Source: Leucoraja erinacea (lineage: Eukaryota). From it: DNA of 64,000 nt. The position numbers were made by a program, and so were the translations under genes. Shown in pieces: positions 47,171 through 59,950 of this stretch. The stretch is from contig NC_073396.1 of the NCBI RefSeq assembly GCF_028641065.1, forward strand, positions 19,902,001 through 19,966,000. The letters run 5' to 3'. How positions within the stretch are numbered: position 1 is the stretch's first letter; each line of letters opens with the position of its first letter. The notes beneath the pieces were generated by a model. That model made no database searches. It worked only from the letters and a program-made list of their open reading frames with translations, and had not been told where the DNA came from.

Positions 47171-47505
47171 TGGAGGAGCAGCAACTCATATTTCGCTTGG
47201 GCAGTTTGCACCCCAGCGGTATGAACATTGATTTCTCTAATTTTAGGTAGTCCTTACTTTCTCCTCCCCTTCTCAGCTCTCCCTCAGCCGACTGGCTCCA
47301 CCTCTTCCTTTCTTCTTCCCGCCCCCCCATCCTCACATCAGTCTGAAGCAAAGATCCTAGAGGAGCTCCTCTAGTATCTTTGGTCTGAAGAAGGGTTTCT
47401 TTGCCTATTTCCTTCGCTCCATAGATGCTGCCTCACCCGCTGAGTTTCTCCAACATTTTTGTCTACCTTCGATTTTCCAGCATCTGCAGTTCCATCTTAA
47501 ACATA
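47171..47505 (+). mobile_element. Penelope-like 3' fragment interrupted by a 34-bp palindromic insertion
   Basis: EEQQLIFRLGSLHPSGMNIDFSNFR*, then the same 3' repeat as at 33.9 kb. Confidence 0.8.
47349..47382. mobile_element. 34-bp palindromic micro-insertion with 8-bp target-site duplication
   Basis: GTCTGAAG [CAAAGATCCTAGAGGAGCTCCTCTAGTATCTTTG] GTCTGAAG. Confidence 0.75.
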
Positions 47506-50500
47506 AGACTATGCCATCTAGTTTTAGAATTCTACCCTGTGCGGAAGACTGTGAACTTCTAGTTGGGGCCTTTGGGTTAGAAGTGGCAGAACTTTGGATG
47601 AGTTACTCCATCTGTTCCCTTCTGTAGCCTTGTGTGTTCACCCCTCCACCCAGACAGAGGAACCAAGCATCCATATTTCAGTGAAAATAAAATTCTTGTG
47701 AACTTCTGACTTGAGGCACGTTATGACTTCTGTGAAGTTTTTTTATTGGATGGTGCCCAAGCCTGTGTGCTTGTCCCAGAAGTGGATCTGCCATCACACA
47801 TTACAATCGCTCCACTCTTTCAAACTAATACTCCAACAGACCTTCATCATGTATCTGTACATTGGATGGCTCGATTGTATCATATCCACTTTCTACTGAC
47901 AGGTTAGCACGCAACAAAAGCTTTCCACTGTACTGCGGTACATGTACAATAAACTAAACTAAACCCAGGACAAAGCAGATCTCCAAAAACAGAACAATGA
48001 AATTCTGACTTACAGCATGATAACAGGCTTGTAAACATAATACACACAGATAATGTATAATAAACAAAAACAATCTTTAAATTAGTAATCAAAATACTAA
48101 TGCAAAAAAACCCTAAGTCCTTAGTACAACTAAACATAGTCCATAGAAGTTCATAGCTGAGGTCAGTGTTCTGAAGTGTTCACGAGTCTGATGGTTGTTG
48201 GGAAGAAGCTGTTCTTGAACCTGGTGGTCACGGTTTTCAGATTTCTGTACATTCTCCCAATGTATCCTCAGTAATTGTTAATTATTGGTCTTTTTAAGTA
48301 TTTATTGCTCTCAGGTAGTGTCCACAGTGTATTCTATGTATTTTCTGTCTGCGTTCGTTTTGAATCTGTGGGTTTGTTGGTTGGGGGCTTCTGGACATCT
48401 GAATTTCCCTGAGGGGATCAATAAAGTATTTATTATTATTATTATTAGTTTGCGAAAGGTGTTATTATGCTGCTTGGAGCTAAACACAGGGAGCTCTGAT
48501 CTGTCCGTGAGAATTGTGTTAAACCACTCTCTCTCCATTTATTGCTGCAGAGGGATAATAATTCAGTCACACCCAGTTACCGCTCTCTTAATATTTTACT
48601 ACAGGCCCTCAGACTGAGCATGTAACATTCAAGTCATTTCCTGGTCAAATGTGCTGCAAATGAGAGTTTTGGCTTAACCCATCACCCAGACCGGCCTCCA
48701 CCCCCACCCATCGACTCCATCTACTCTTCATGCTGTCTTGGGGAAAGCAGCCAACATAATCAACAACCTTCTTCATCCCATTCATTCCCCCCCCCCCCGT
48801 CTCCCCTCTCCCATCAGGAACACTAAAGCTTAAAAGTGCGTACCACCAGACTTGGGAACAGCATCTTCTTCTTTGTTATCAGCCCACTGAAGAATCTTCC
48901 CATAAGCTCGTGTACAGTCCCGATCTTCCAACCTACCTCATTGTGGACATTTTCTCTGTCACAGCTATAAAGCTGTAACACTATATTCTACTCTCTGGTA
49001 TTTTTCTCTTTGTACCTGTTGTACTTGTGTACGGCTTGATTGCACTCATGGATAGTGTGACCTGATTTGATTGAACAGCAAGCAAATAGAAGCTTGTTGT
49101 TGTATCTCAGCACACGTGGCAATAGTAAATCAATACTAATACCAATCAGAGATATTCCGTCATACTCAGTTACAACTCTCTTTAATATTTTAGGACAAGT
49201 GTACTGTGCTTGTTCCATTTAAGTCAACACCCAGAGAGTTGTGAATTTGTGGAATTCTCTGCCTCAGAAGGCAGTGGAGGCCGATTCACTGGATGCATTC
49301 AAAAGAGAGTTAGATAGAGCTCTTGGGGCAAGCGGAATCAAGGGAAATGGGGAGAACGGGATTGAGGATGATCAGCCATGATCACATTGAATGGCAGTGC
49401 TGGCTCGAAGGGCCGAATGGCCTACTCCTGCACCTACTTTCTATGTATTTCCTAGTCATTAATTAAATGTGCTGCAAATGATTGATGAACAGAACTGCAC
49501 ACAAATTCATACATCTTAATTAAATGTCTCTGAGTCTTATTTGTTCCAATGAAAGCTAGCCCTGCCTAGTCAGTTCCCCCTCATAACTCCTTGCCACCAT
49601 TGATTGCCCCCAGATTCTGGAACGGTTTCTTCTCCACTGTTATCATACAACTGAAAGGTTCTACATAAGTTAGGATTTGTCCAGATAGTTTTCACTGAAT
49701 TTCCATTCATTACTATACCCCTTCACTTCCTCCTCTTTCTCACAACACGTTTAAAACTCTTCTCTAATCTTACTAACCGATGGCACCATTCTTCCAGCAC
49801 TCCCACTTATGCCTGGAATGTTTCCTCCTCAGTGGAGACCAGGTGTTCCTTGACGAGCCAGTCTTGGCTCAGTGCACAGTGCCCTCACCTCCAGGTCAGG
49901 TGGTTAATGCTTCAAGCTTCAGCACAAAACCTGAGCCAACATTCCCGCTGACGTTCCGAGGATGCACTGCACTGTCAGACACACCTTTACACCGTGCCCT
50001 CCACACTGCTCCAGTAGGCTCAACATTCCTGCACGTTCCAGCTCCCTGGCCTCAGGATCTACCAGCCTCTTCCTCTCTAACCACGGCCCTCCGACTGTTT
50101 GGGTGACATGGAGAAGTTGAGCCGAAGGGGCTGTTTCCCTGCTGGATAAATACAAGGCAGAGTCTGTTCTCACAAGTGGATACAACAGGTCATTCTCCAA
50201 TGGTGCAAAGAAAAAGAGGGTTTGTGGAGTGCAAGTCCGCAGATCAATAAAATAGATAAAGTGATTGAGAATGTACACACATGCTTATTAGCCGAGTACA
50301 GCAGGCAGATTGTGCTATAACAACATAGCAACATGTGGATGCTGGAATAGAGTCATCAAGTCACACAGCACGTAAACAGGACAGATGATGTTTTGAGTAG
50401 GGACCCGTCAGACGGAAGACTGCACAGTTCTGGTTATCACACCACCAGGCAGATGTAATAACACAAGAGAATTTGCGTGCAGTTCAAGTCGCTATTACAG

Positions 50501-51029
50501 GAAGGATGTGGAGGCTTTGTAGAGGGTGCAGAGGTTTACCACGATGCAAACATACTTGACATGCTTGTCCTGCCCTTTTCTCTTCCAGCTTTCTTCCTCC
50601 ACCACAGTCATCTGAAGAAAGGTCCTGACCCGAAATATCCCATCTATTTTCTCCAGAAATACTGCTCGACTGGCTAAATTATTCCAGCACTGTGTCTTTT
50701 TTTTTTAACCAGTGCCTGGATTAGAGATGGTTAGCTGTATGAAAGTTTGGACAACTTGGATTGTTTTCTCTGGAACACAGGAGGTTGAGGGGATAAGGAA
50801 TGGAAGTATATAAAATTATGAGAGCATGTATGGGGTATACAGGTGGTGGAGGCAGTTACAATAGTGGCATTTTTTAGGCTTTCAGATAGGCACATGGATA
50901 TGGAGGGATATAGATCACATACCAGGAGGAGATTAGTTTAACTTGGCATCATGTTCAGCATGGACATTATGGGCCGATGGAGGCATAGATAATGAACGCA
51001 ACATGTTCCTTTGGCTGACCAAAGAAGCT

Positions 51030-51335
51030 TTAGACTTTAGAGATACAGCGCGGAAACAGGCCCTTCGGCCCACCGAGTCCACGATCACCCCGTACACTAG
51101 CACTATCGTACACACACTGGAGACAATTTTTCTTTTCTTTTTTACAGAAGCCAATTAACCTACAAACTTGTACCATCTTTGCAGTATGGGAGGAAACTGG
51201 AACACCCGGAAAAAATGCAATGCAGTCACGGGGAGAATGTGCAAACTCCGTACAGACTGCACCCGCAGTCAGGATCAAACCCGGGCCTCTGGCGCTGTAA
51301 GGTAGCAACTCTACCGCTGTGCCATTGTGCCACCA
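51030..51335 (-). mobile_element. HE1/V-SINE copy
   Basis: Reverse complement of the 25.3 kb SINE (head tggcacagcggtagagttgct, tail gggccgaagggcctgtttcc). Further copies at about 2170-2480, 27975-28260, 32500-32755, 36358-36635 and 62560-62665. Confidence 0.8.
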
Positions 51336-52084
51336 TTAAGCTGCAGCTGCTGGAACCTTGAGCAATACAGGAAGCTCTGGAGGAACTCAGCAGGTCAGAC
51401 AACATCTGTGGAGAGAATGCATTGGCGATGTTTCGGGTTGGGACCCTCTACCCCTACTTCATCACAGAGTTGAGAGAGGCAAGGAATATTCATGCTCTTG
51501 ACAGCATGGGATTGGAGATGCCTCTGATCTGATCTGTGTGTGTCAGCAGCATGAACGTTGCTCTCCGGAGCCACACGGTGGCAATGCTGTGGAGGGTTGG
51601 AGGAGGTTGCTCCCGGATTTTGGTCCCAGCTGTGATTGGATATATCCCAGGATGCCTTGTCATATGACCTCCCCCCCTCATCAGCTGCAATTAGTTGCTG
51701 ATCCCAGCCGTGCAGCAGCATTCCACTGTCCTGCACCAAATGCAACAATCTGAGGATTTGTTATCCAAATGGATGATTCCTGACTCGATCAAACTGATTA
51801 TTTTTAAACCATGTACTAATTTTTTTCAGGAAAATTTATGCAGAACATTTCACAATCGATTACGTTGTTCTTAACAGTCAACTAAAAATGGTATTAACGT
51901 GTAGTCACTATTTGTATGTTAGGAATTTAGCAGTACATTTGCACAAAACCTGCTCCCACAATCAGCAGTTATAATGACCAGAGGACCTGTGTTGATTATG
52001 TTGGATATGGGATAAATCTTGGCCTCTAGTTAAGCAAGAGTCAAGAGTGTTTTATTGTTTATTCTTACTTGCTGCAGCACAGGA

Positions 52085-52399
52085 TCGAATAGGATTCTCC
52101 TAAACTTCTAGAGGTGCACGGGAGAGAGCATTCTGACTGGTTGCATCATGGCCTGGTTCGGCAACTTGAAAGTCCAAGAGCGAAAAAGACTACAAAAAGT
52201 TGCGACCACTGCCCAGTCCATCACCGGCTTTGACCTCCCCACCATCGAAGGAATCTATCGTAGTCGCTGCCTCAAAAAGGCAGCCAAAATCATCAAGGAC
52301 CCACACCATCCTGGCCACACACTCATCTCACCATTACCATCAAGAAGAAGGTACAGGAGCTTGAAAACTGTAATGTCCAGGTTCAGGAACAGATTCTTC
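52085..52399 (+). mobile_element. Rex1/Babar fragment forming an inverted repeat with 52419-52726
   Basis: The same peptide (AWFGNL...RLQKVATTAQSITGFDLPTIEGIYRSRCLKKAAKII) is encoded on opposite strands. Confidence 0.9.
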
Positions 52400-52418
52400 C
52401 TGAACTTCTTCCTGAAGA

Positions 52419-53465
52419 GAAGAAGCTGTTCCTGAACGTTGCAGTTTGCAGGCTTCTGTACCTTCTTCGGATGGCAATGGTGAAATGAGTGTGTGGCCAG
52501 GATGGTGTGGGTTCTTGATGATTTTGGCTGCCTTTTTGAGGCAGCGACTACGATAGATGCCTTCGATGGTGGGGAGGTCAAAGCCGGTGATGGACTGGGC
52601 AGTGGTCGCAACTTTTTGTAGTCTTTTTCCCTCCTGGACGTTCAAGTTGCTGAACCAGGCCATGATGCAACCAGTCAGAATGCTCTCTATCGTGCACCTG
52701 TAGACATTTAGGAGAATCCTCTTCGACATGCCGAATCTCCATAATCTTCTCAGGAAGTAGAGTTGCTGATGTGCCTTCTTTATAATTGCTTCGGTGTGCT
52801 GGGTCCAGGAAAGATCTTCGGAGCTATGCACGCCCAGGAATTTGAAGTTATTGACCCTTTCCACCATTGTCCCATTGATGTGAACAGGATTGTGGGTCCT
52901 CATCCTTCCCCTACCAAAGTCCACAATCAGTTCCTTGAGAGCCAGGTTGTTGTGCTGGCACCATTTGGTCAGTTGGTCGATCTCACTTCTATATTCTGAC
53001 TCATCCCCATCTGTGATTCGTCCGACAAGAGTGGTGTCGTCAGCGAACTTGATGTTGGTGTTTGCACTATGTCTGGCTACACGGGCATGAGTATAGAGTG
53101 AGTAGAGCAGGGGGCTGAGCACAGCCTTGAGGGGCTCCCGTACTGATTATCACTGAGAATGAAAAGTTTCTGCCAATTCGAACAGACTGTGGTCTGTGGG
53201 TGAGGAAGTCGAGGATCCAATTGCAGAGGGGTGCGCAGAGACCCAGTTCCGTGAGTTTCGTAACCAGCTTGGAAGGGATGATGGTATTAAACGCCGAGCT
53301 GTAGTCTATAAACAACAGCCTGACGTAGGTGTTTTTATTGTCCAAGTGGTCCAATGCGATGTGGAGAGCCAGTGAAATTGCATCCTCCGTTGACCTGTTG
53401 TGGCGGTATGCGAACTGTAGTGGGTCGCGGTTCTTGTCGAGGTAGGAGTTGATGTGCACCATAAG
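52419..53465 (-). mobile_element. Rex1/Babar-clade LINE fragment (RT)
   Basis: [52 protein letters not shown]. Confidence 0.9.
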
Positions 53466-56400
53466 AACTTCCCTAAAGACACCAGAGACAGCATATGATG
53501 TAGTTTTGAGCACAAAAAACAAACTGCCGTAGGAATTCCTGTTCCTTCAATAACTTCCCTGTTCCCGATAGTCTGAAGAAAGGTCCCAACCTGATAGGCC
53601 ATGTATGTCCCCGTTCCCGTCAATCCCCTTCCACCCCCCGCATGCTGCCTGACCAGCTGAGATCTTCCAGCACTTTGTGTTTTGTTCCAGAATATGGTTC
53701 CAGCATCTGCAGTTCCTTGGGTCTCTAGTCCCCATTATCCATCTAAGAGAGCAGTAAAGTCTCAATTTAATATCTCATCTAAAATCTCCAAGAAAGGCAC
53801 AGGAATGTTTTTTTAATTTATTCAAAAAATAAACTTTATTCATTCAATATATGGAGGAAATATAATACACTTGGTACATTTCTTTATTTTTGCATTCACA
53901 GTGTCATCGAATCAGGCTTTAAATATGTTCATCTCTCTTAAGTTGAAAAAATCCATAAGCTTTTGACCAGGAGTTTTTTGCAGCTGATTCTCAGCTGATG
54001 CTAGTACAGCTACGTGGGCAAATTACTGATGAGGCAGAAATATGAAATAAGAAGAAAAAATGTTGAAAATACTCAGCCGGTCAAGCAGCACCTGTGCAGA
54101 GAGAAAAAAGGTATGAACATGTCACCAATGGTAGTCAATTAATCTGAATCTCTGGAAGACACAAAGTGCTGGGGTAACTCAGCGGGTCAGGCAGCATTTC
54201 TGGAGAATGTGGATAGGTGACATTTCTTTGTCAGGACCCTTCCACAGGCCAATTGTTGCGTGGGGTTGGGGAGAGGAGGGCCAGGACAGACAAGGAGTTG
54301 TTTGATAGGCAGATGGTTGGACAAGATGAAAAAAACAGAAGCAGAAGGTGTGAGACAAAGTGATAGATGTGTGAATTGTGAAGATAGAGGAAGGAATTTA
54401 CGTAAAAGTGGAGGTACAAGTCCAGATGGGGCACAGAGGAGGGGATGGGGGTGTGGGAGGATGGTGGGTGTTAAATGGGAGAAGAAGGGAGAGGGGGAGG
54501 GTTATGTAGTGACCCAAGCAATTTATTTATCTGCATTTGTTAAAGTTGCAAATTGTTGCTTAAAATATAAACAGTTAATGTAACACGAAGAGACTCTGGC
54601 AACGTCATGTTTACATTCTAATAGATAAGGTACTAAATAATTCTGATTTAACCTCATGTCAATCCTGCCCGTCACATTCTGATCAGAGCTATTTGAAGTA
54701 GGTGATATAAAAAATTATCGCAGAATCATCAAAATATGTGGGACAGAGGAAACATTATGGCCACAAACAGGTCTATTTAAGCCACCCCCGCTCTCAGACC
54801 TAGCCTTAAAACATAGAAAAGCACAGAAACATTCCCTTCGGTGCACACTGTCAGCGCCGAACATGATGCCAAGTTATACTAATCTCCAATGTGATTCATG
54901 TTCCTATCTTAAAGACCCTCAAATACCACTTTAATATCTGCTTCCACCACCATCCCCAGCAGTGCATTCCAGGCCCCACCACTCTCTGTTGCCCCGCGCA
55001 TCTCCTTTAAACTTTGCCCCTCTCACCTTAAACCTATACCTTCTAGTCTGACATTTCCACCCTGGGAAATAGCTTCTGACTGTCTACCTTATCTATGCCT
55101 CTCACAATTTGATACACTTTGATCATCATGTAGGTAACAACTTCTCAAGGGCTCATCCATTTTCCTCCCTTCACCGCCCTTATGTTGTGCCAGTACTCTT
55201 TGAGTGAAAAAATATTTACCTTCACTGCTTTCCATTCCTTCCACCAGTTAACCTAGACCTATGTTGTTATTGACCCCTCTACCAAGTACCCCTCTCCCAT
55301 TCACACTGCATAAGCATCTCTTAAGTTTAACCTCAGTTAAACATTACATCAGCCTCCTATTTTTTGCAAAAGCCAGTCTCTCTCTCCTTGTAAAATAATT
55401 CTTCAGCCTAACTAATGTCCTTCCAGGAATGTCGTTGGCTGTCTTTTCCTGTCAAAGTTCTACGTGATGTCAGATCCACTAATGTGGTGAACTGAGATGG
55501 CCAGCAAGCTGCAGTTCAGGGGGCATATTGTCAATGCGCACTAAACACTAGCCTTGCCAGCACAATCTACATCCTAAAGAGCACGCCAGAATCATCAAGA
55601 GCCACACCACCCTGGCCACGCTCTCATTTCACTCCTACCATTGGGAAGAAGGTACAAGAGCCTGAAAACTGTGACCACCAGATTCAAGAACAGCTTCTTC
55701 CCAACAACCATCAGCCTCTTCAACACTGCACAACACTGTCCTGAGTAACTATCAACTTCTATGGACTGTCCTAGGTTATTTATTTAGTGGATTTATATAT
55801 TTATCTGCATGCTTTGTGTTTATGGGCCTGTTAAGCTGCTGCAAGTAAGAATTTGATTGTTCCATTGTCAGTACATTTGACAATTAAACATCTTTAATCT
55901 CTTGTGTAGGAAGGAACTGCAGATGCTGGTTTAACCCGAAGATAGAAATAAACTCGCTGAGTTACTCCAACTTTGTGCGTCTATCTACTCTTTGAATTGA
56001 ATCTGATTTACGCTCTTGACTGGAATGAACAACTGAAAAATTCTTGGAAATTTGAGTACCTATTATTTGTGTTGAGCAGTTCCTGCCAAGCACCCAGGTA
56101 AGTAAAGTCAATTCTGTTGACCACTAGGATGGCAGATGACCTAGTAATTCTCAGTAAAACAAGCTTGTTCTCTGAGGAGACATCTGTCCCAAAGCAGCCT
56201 AAATTCAATAATACCCAGGAGACACAAGGAACTGCAGATGCTGGAGCAAAACACAGAGTACTGGAGGAACTCAGTGAGTCAGGTGGCATCTGTGGAGGGA
56301 AATGAACAGGTGATGTGTTGGGTCAGGACCACTGCATAATACACTGTATTGCAAACGCCAAACAAACATACTTTTTTTGTAGCTAAAATTTAAAAATACT

Positions 56401-56904
56401 ATGGTGACTGGAAGCCAGAAACATTCAGCAGGTCAGGCAGCATCTGCGGAAGAGAAACTAAGTGTATCTACACTATCTGACGAGGGTCCTGGCTGCAGCA
56501 TTGCAAGCACATGGACTCTGACAACACACAAACACAGACACACTGGAGCATCAGGAACTGTGTGGCATGACCAACCATCTCCATCAACAACTTCCCCCAT
56601 CACAGTTGGATGCGGAGGAGATGTGCTTTGTTGACACCACTGTAATCAGTTCCATTCACATGAAGCAGCCCATTGCCAGAAGCAGTAAACTGGACCATGT
56701 TCAGGCATGGCTGATGTTACCACAAAAATACCCAACTGCATGAAGAGAATTTCTAACCATATACCCTTGACATTCAGTGACAGTATCGTTGTCAACTAAC
56801 CACACTATCAAGTAGAAACAAAGAACTGCAGATGCTGGTTTATACCAAAGACAGGCACAACGTGCTGGAGTAACTCAGCAGGTCAGGCAGCATCTTTGGA
56901 GAAA

Positions 56905-57782
56905 GATTAGTAAATTTGCAGATGATACAAAGTGGGTGGTATTGCAAGTGAAGATGGATATCAAAAATTGCAACAGCATCTTTATTGGTTGGCCAGGTGG
57001 GCTGAGGAATGGTAGATGGCATTTAATACAGAGAAATGTGAGGTGTTGCAATTTAACATGCGCAGGACCTACAGTTGATGGTAGGGTTCTGGGGAGTGTT
57101 TTGAACAGAGGGATCTAGGAGTGTGGGTGCATGGTTCCTTGAAAGTGGTGTCACAGGTAGATAGGGTGGCCAAAAAAAACTTTTGGCACATTGGCCTTCA
57201 TCAGTCAGAGTATTGAGTAAAGAAGTTGGGAGGTTATGTTGCAGTTATGCAAGACATTGGTGAGGCTGCATTTAGAGTATTGTGTTCAATTCTGGGCATC
57301 GTGTTACAGGAAAGATGTTGTCATTGGAATGGGTACAGAGAGGATTTATGAGGATGTTGCTAGGACTTGAGGGTCTGAACCATAGGGAGAGGTTGAACAG
57401 GCTGGGTCTCTATTCCTTGGAGCTCAGGAGGATGAGGGGTGATCTTATAGAGGTGTACAAAATCATGAGAGGAAAAGATCGGGTAGACTCAGAGAGTCTC
57501 TTGCCCATAGTAGAGGAATCGAGAACCAGAGAACATAGGTTTAAGGTGAAGGGGGGGAAGAGTTAATAGGAATTTGAGGGGTCACTTTTTCACTCAAAGG
57601 GTGGTGGGTGTGTCGAACGAGCTGCCAGATACGGTAGTTGAGGCAGGGACAATTGCAATGTTTAAGAAACAATTAGACAGGTACATGGATAGACAGGTTT
57701 GGATGGATATGGGCCAAATGCAGGCAGATGGAACTAGTGTAGATGGGACATGTTGGGCGGTGTGGGTAAGTTGGGCTGAAAC
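56905..57782 (+). mobile_element. CR1 LINE 3' fragment
   Basis: SKFADD start, RRMRGDLIEVYKIMRG, HFFTQRVVGV, CR1 tail. Confidence 0.85.
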
Positions 57783-58479
57783 ATAACCCATCCTTTTTCT
57801 CCAGATATCTTTCCTGACCTGCTGGGTTACTCCAGCACCTTGTGTCTATCCCTGCCACACTTTCAACATGGTGCCGGCCTCCATTAACCAGAAACTCAAC
57901 TGGACCAGCAAGCAGGAGCAGGTTAGCCGGGCAGCACACAACAAGAAACTCATCTCCTGATCCTTCAAGGCACAAGTGATGGAACACTTGAGGTATCGAG
58001 AGATGAGCACAACTCCAGTACAAAGCTTTTCACCTGATTCTCATCCCATCCACCATCACTCCAACAAGAAGGATTGATCCGAAAGGCTACCTATTCCTTT
58101 TCTCCAGAGATGCTGCCTGACTTGCTGTGTCTATCTTTCATTAACCCATGACCTCTCTCGCCAAGAAGAACGAGGGCTTCAGATGCATGGAAGCACCATC
58201 ACCAGGTTATGCACAAACCTCATTTGGAACCATAGCATCCTTCCAAGTGTTAGTCCTGGAACCTCCTTCCTAACAGCACCATGGGGCACCTTCACCGAGG
58301 TCAACAAGGCACAGCCGGACTTTCTCAAGGACTATTAGAGATGGCAGTAAGTATTGACACAAAAGGAACTGCAGATGCTGGCAATAAGTATTAATCTTAC
58401 CAAAAGGGAAAAAAATAGCCACAAAGAACAGAATACTCCAAGGCGAGACATTGACCAGACACAGACCACACCTGAAGGA

Positions 58480-58950
58480 ATAAACCCGACTCCAGGGCGG
58501 GTTTGCTGTGTGATCCGAGCGCTTTGTTAAAATACAAATTAAACGAGGGCGGTCTGCTGCTTCTTACTGTGAATTGCAACCGTGCAATAAGGAGGACGCA
58601 TCGACTGATGGACATTGCAGGGTTCGCTGCCCCCGGGGGAGAGACGGGGACAAAGGGCGGAGCCGCTTCAACGGCGGGGGCCGGGAGTGTGGGGCGTGGA
58701 GGGGGCGGCCGGGCATGCGCCCCGCGCCGGCCATGGAGCTCCGGGACAGAGGGACGGCGGGTCGGTGCGGCAGCAGCAGCGGAGAGCGAGAGTGACAGCG
58801 GCGGGAGTTGCTGCTCGCCTCCCCCCGGGCCACGGCTCTAGCACTCGGGACATCGGACCCCCGGCCGGAGCAGGTAGGACTAGCGCACCCCGGGGGAGGG
58901 AGGGTCAGACCCGGGACACCGGGTGTCTCTTCCCGGGACCCTGAGTTTCT
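58480..58950 (+). promoter_or_regulatory. CpG island with probable non-coding first exon ending at donor CAG|GTAGGA (58873); likely GLIS2 by synteny
   Basis: Isolated CpG/GC-rich island, several GGGCGG boxes, strong 5' splice site at 58873/58874. Gene identity rests on synteny only; no GLIS2 coding sequence is seen in the window. Confidence 0.55.
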
Positions 58951-59504
58951 TCCCCACCGGTACACGGTGTCTTCCCCAACCCTCCACCCCTCCCCGAGAC
59001 ACCGGTTTCACCCCTTCATGGGACACTGTCTCCCCCTCCCTCCCGGGACACTTTCTCTCCCTCCATCTATGACACTGCATTCTGCAGTCTCCCGCCCTAT
59101 AATTCTATGTCTTTCCCCCCTCCCTGGGATGGTCCATAACCCCTGCACCCCACCAGTGTCACACTGTGGCCCCTCATCCCGCCCCATACTGTACTGTCGC
59201 CACCTCCCACTGTTACAATGTCTGGGTGCTCGACTGTCAACCCCCTCCCCACCTTTAATACTGTACCTTGTGCTTATTGTTACATTCCATTCCCAGTGTT
59301 GTGATGTAACCTGTGCCAAAGACTGTGTTATAGCCGGCTCTTGTGTTTAATTATCATCCATTGTAGGTGTTATAATGTGGCCCGTTCCCTAAAGACACTA
59401 GTTCTCTCCCGGTGATGTATTGATAGCCACTGTGGCCCAAACTGTTGTCTTGTAGCGATGATCTAGTTGTACAGCAGTTTACTTTCAGTGTTATACTGAA
59501 GACC

Positions 59505-59950
59505 ATAGAGTAATATAGCGTGGAAACAGGCCCTTTGGCCCAACCTGCCCCATCTACACTAGTCCCACCTGCCTGTGTTTGGCCCATATCCCTCTAAACC
59601 TATCCATGTACCTGTCTAAAGGCTTAAACATTGTGATAGTACCTGTTTCAACTACCTCACAGCAGCTTGTTCAATACGCCCATCACCTTTTGCTACCCCT
59701 CAGTTTCCTATTAAATCTTTCCTCTCTCACCTTAAACCTATGTCGTCTGATTCTCAAGTCCTCTACACTGGACAAACGACTGTGTTTATACCTCTGATCT
59801 ATTCCTCTTATGATTGTGTACATCTCTATAAGATCACCCCTCATCCTCCTGTACTCACTGGAATAAAGTCCTAGCCTGCCCAACCTCTCCCTGTAGCTCA
59901 GGCTCCCAAGTCCTGGCAAAATCCACAAAAATCTTCTCTGTACCCTCCCA
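59505..59950 (-). mobile_element. CR1 LINE 3' fragment
   Basis: RVQRRF...YRERLGRLGLYS...RRMRGDLIE. Confidence 0.8.

Noticed and set aside
58503-59350. ORFs up to 180 aa at the second CpG island
   Set aside because: No similarity to GLIS2 or any protein I recognise; GC-rich artefact.
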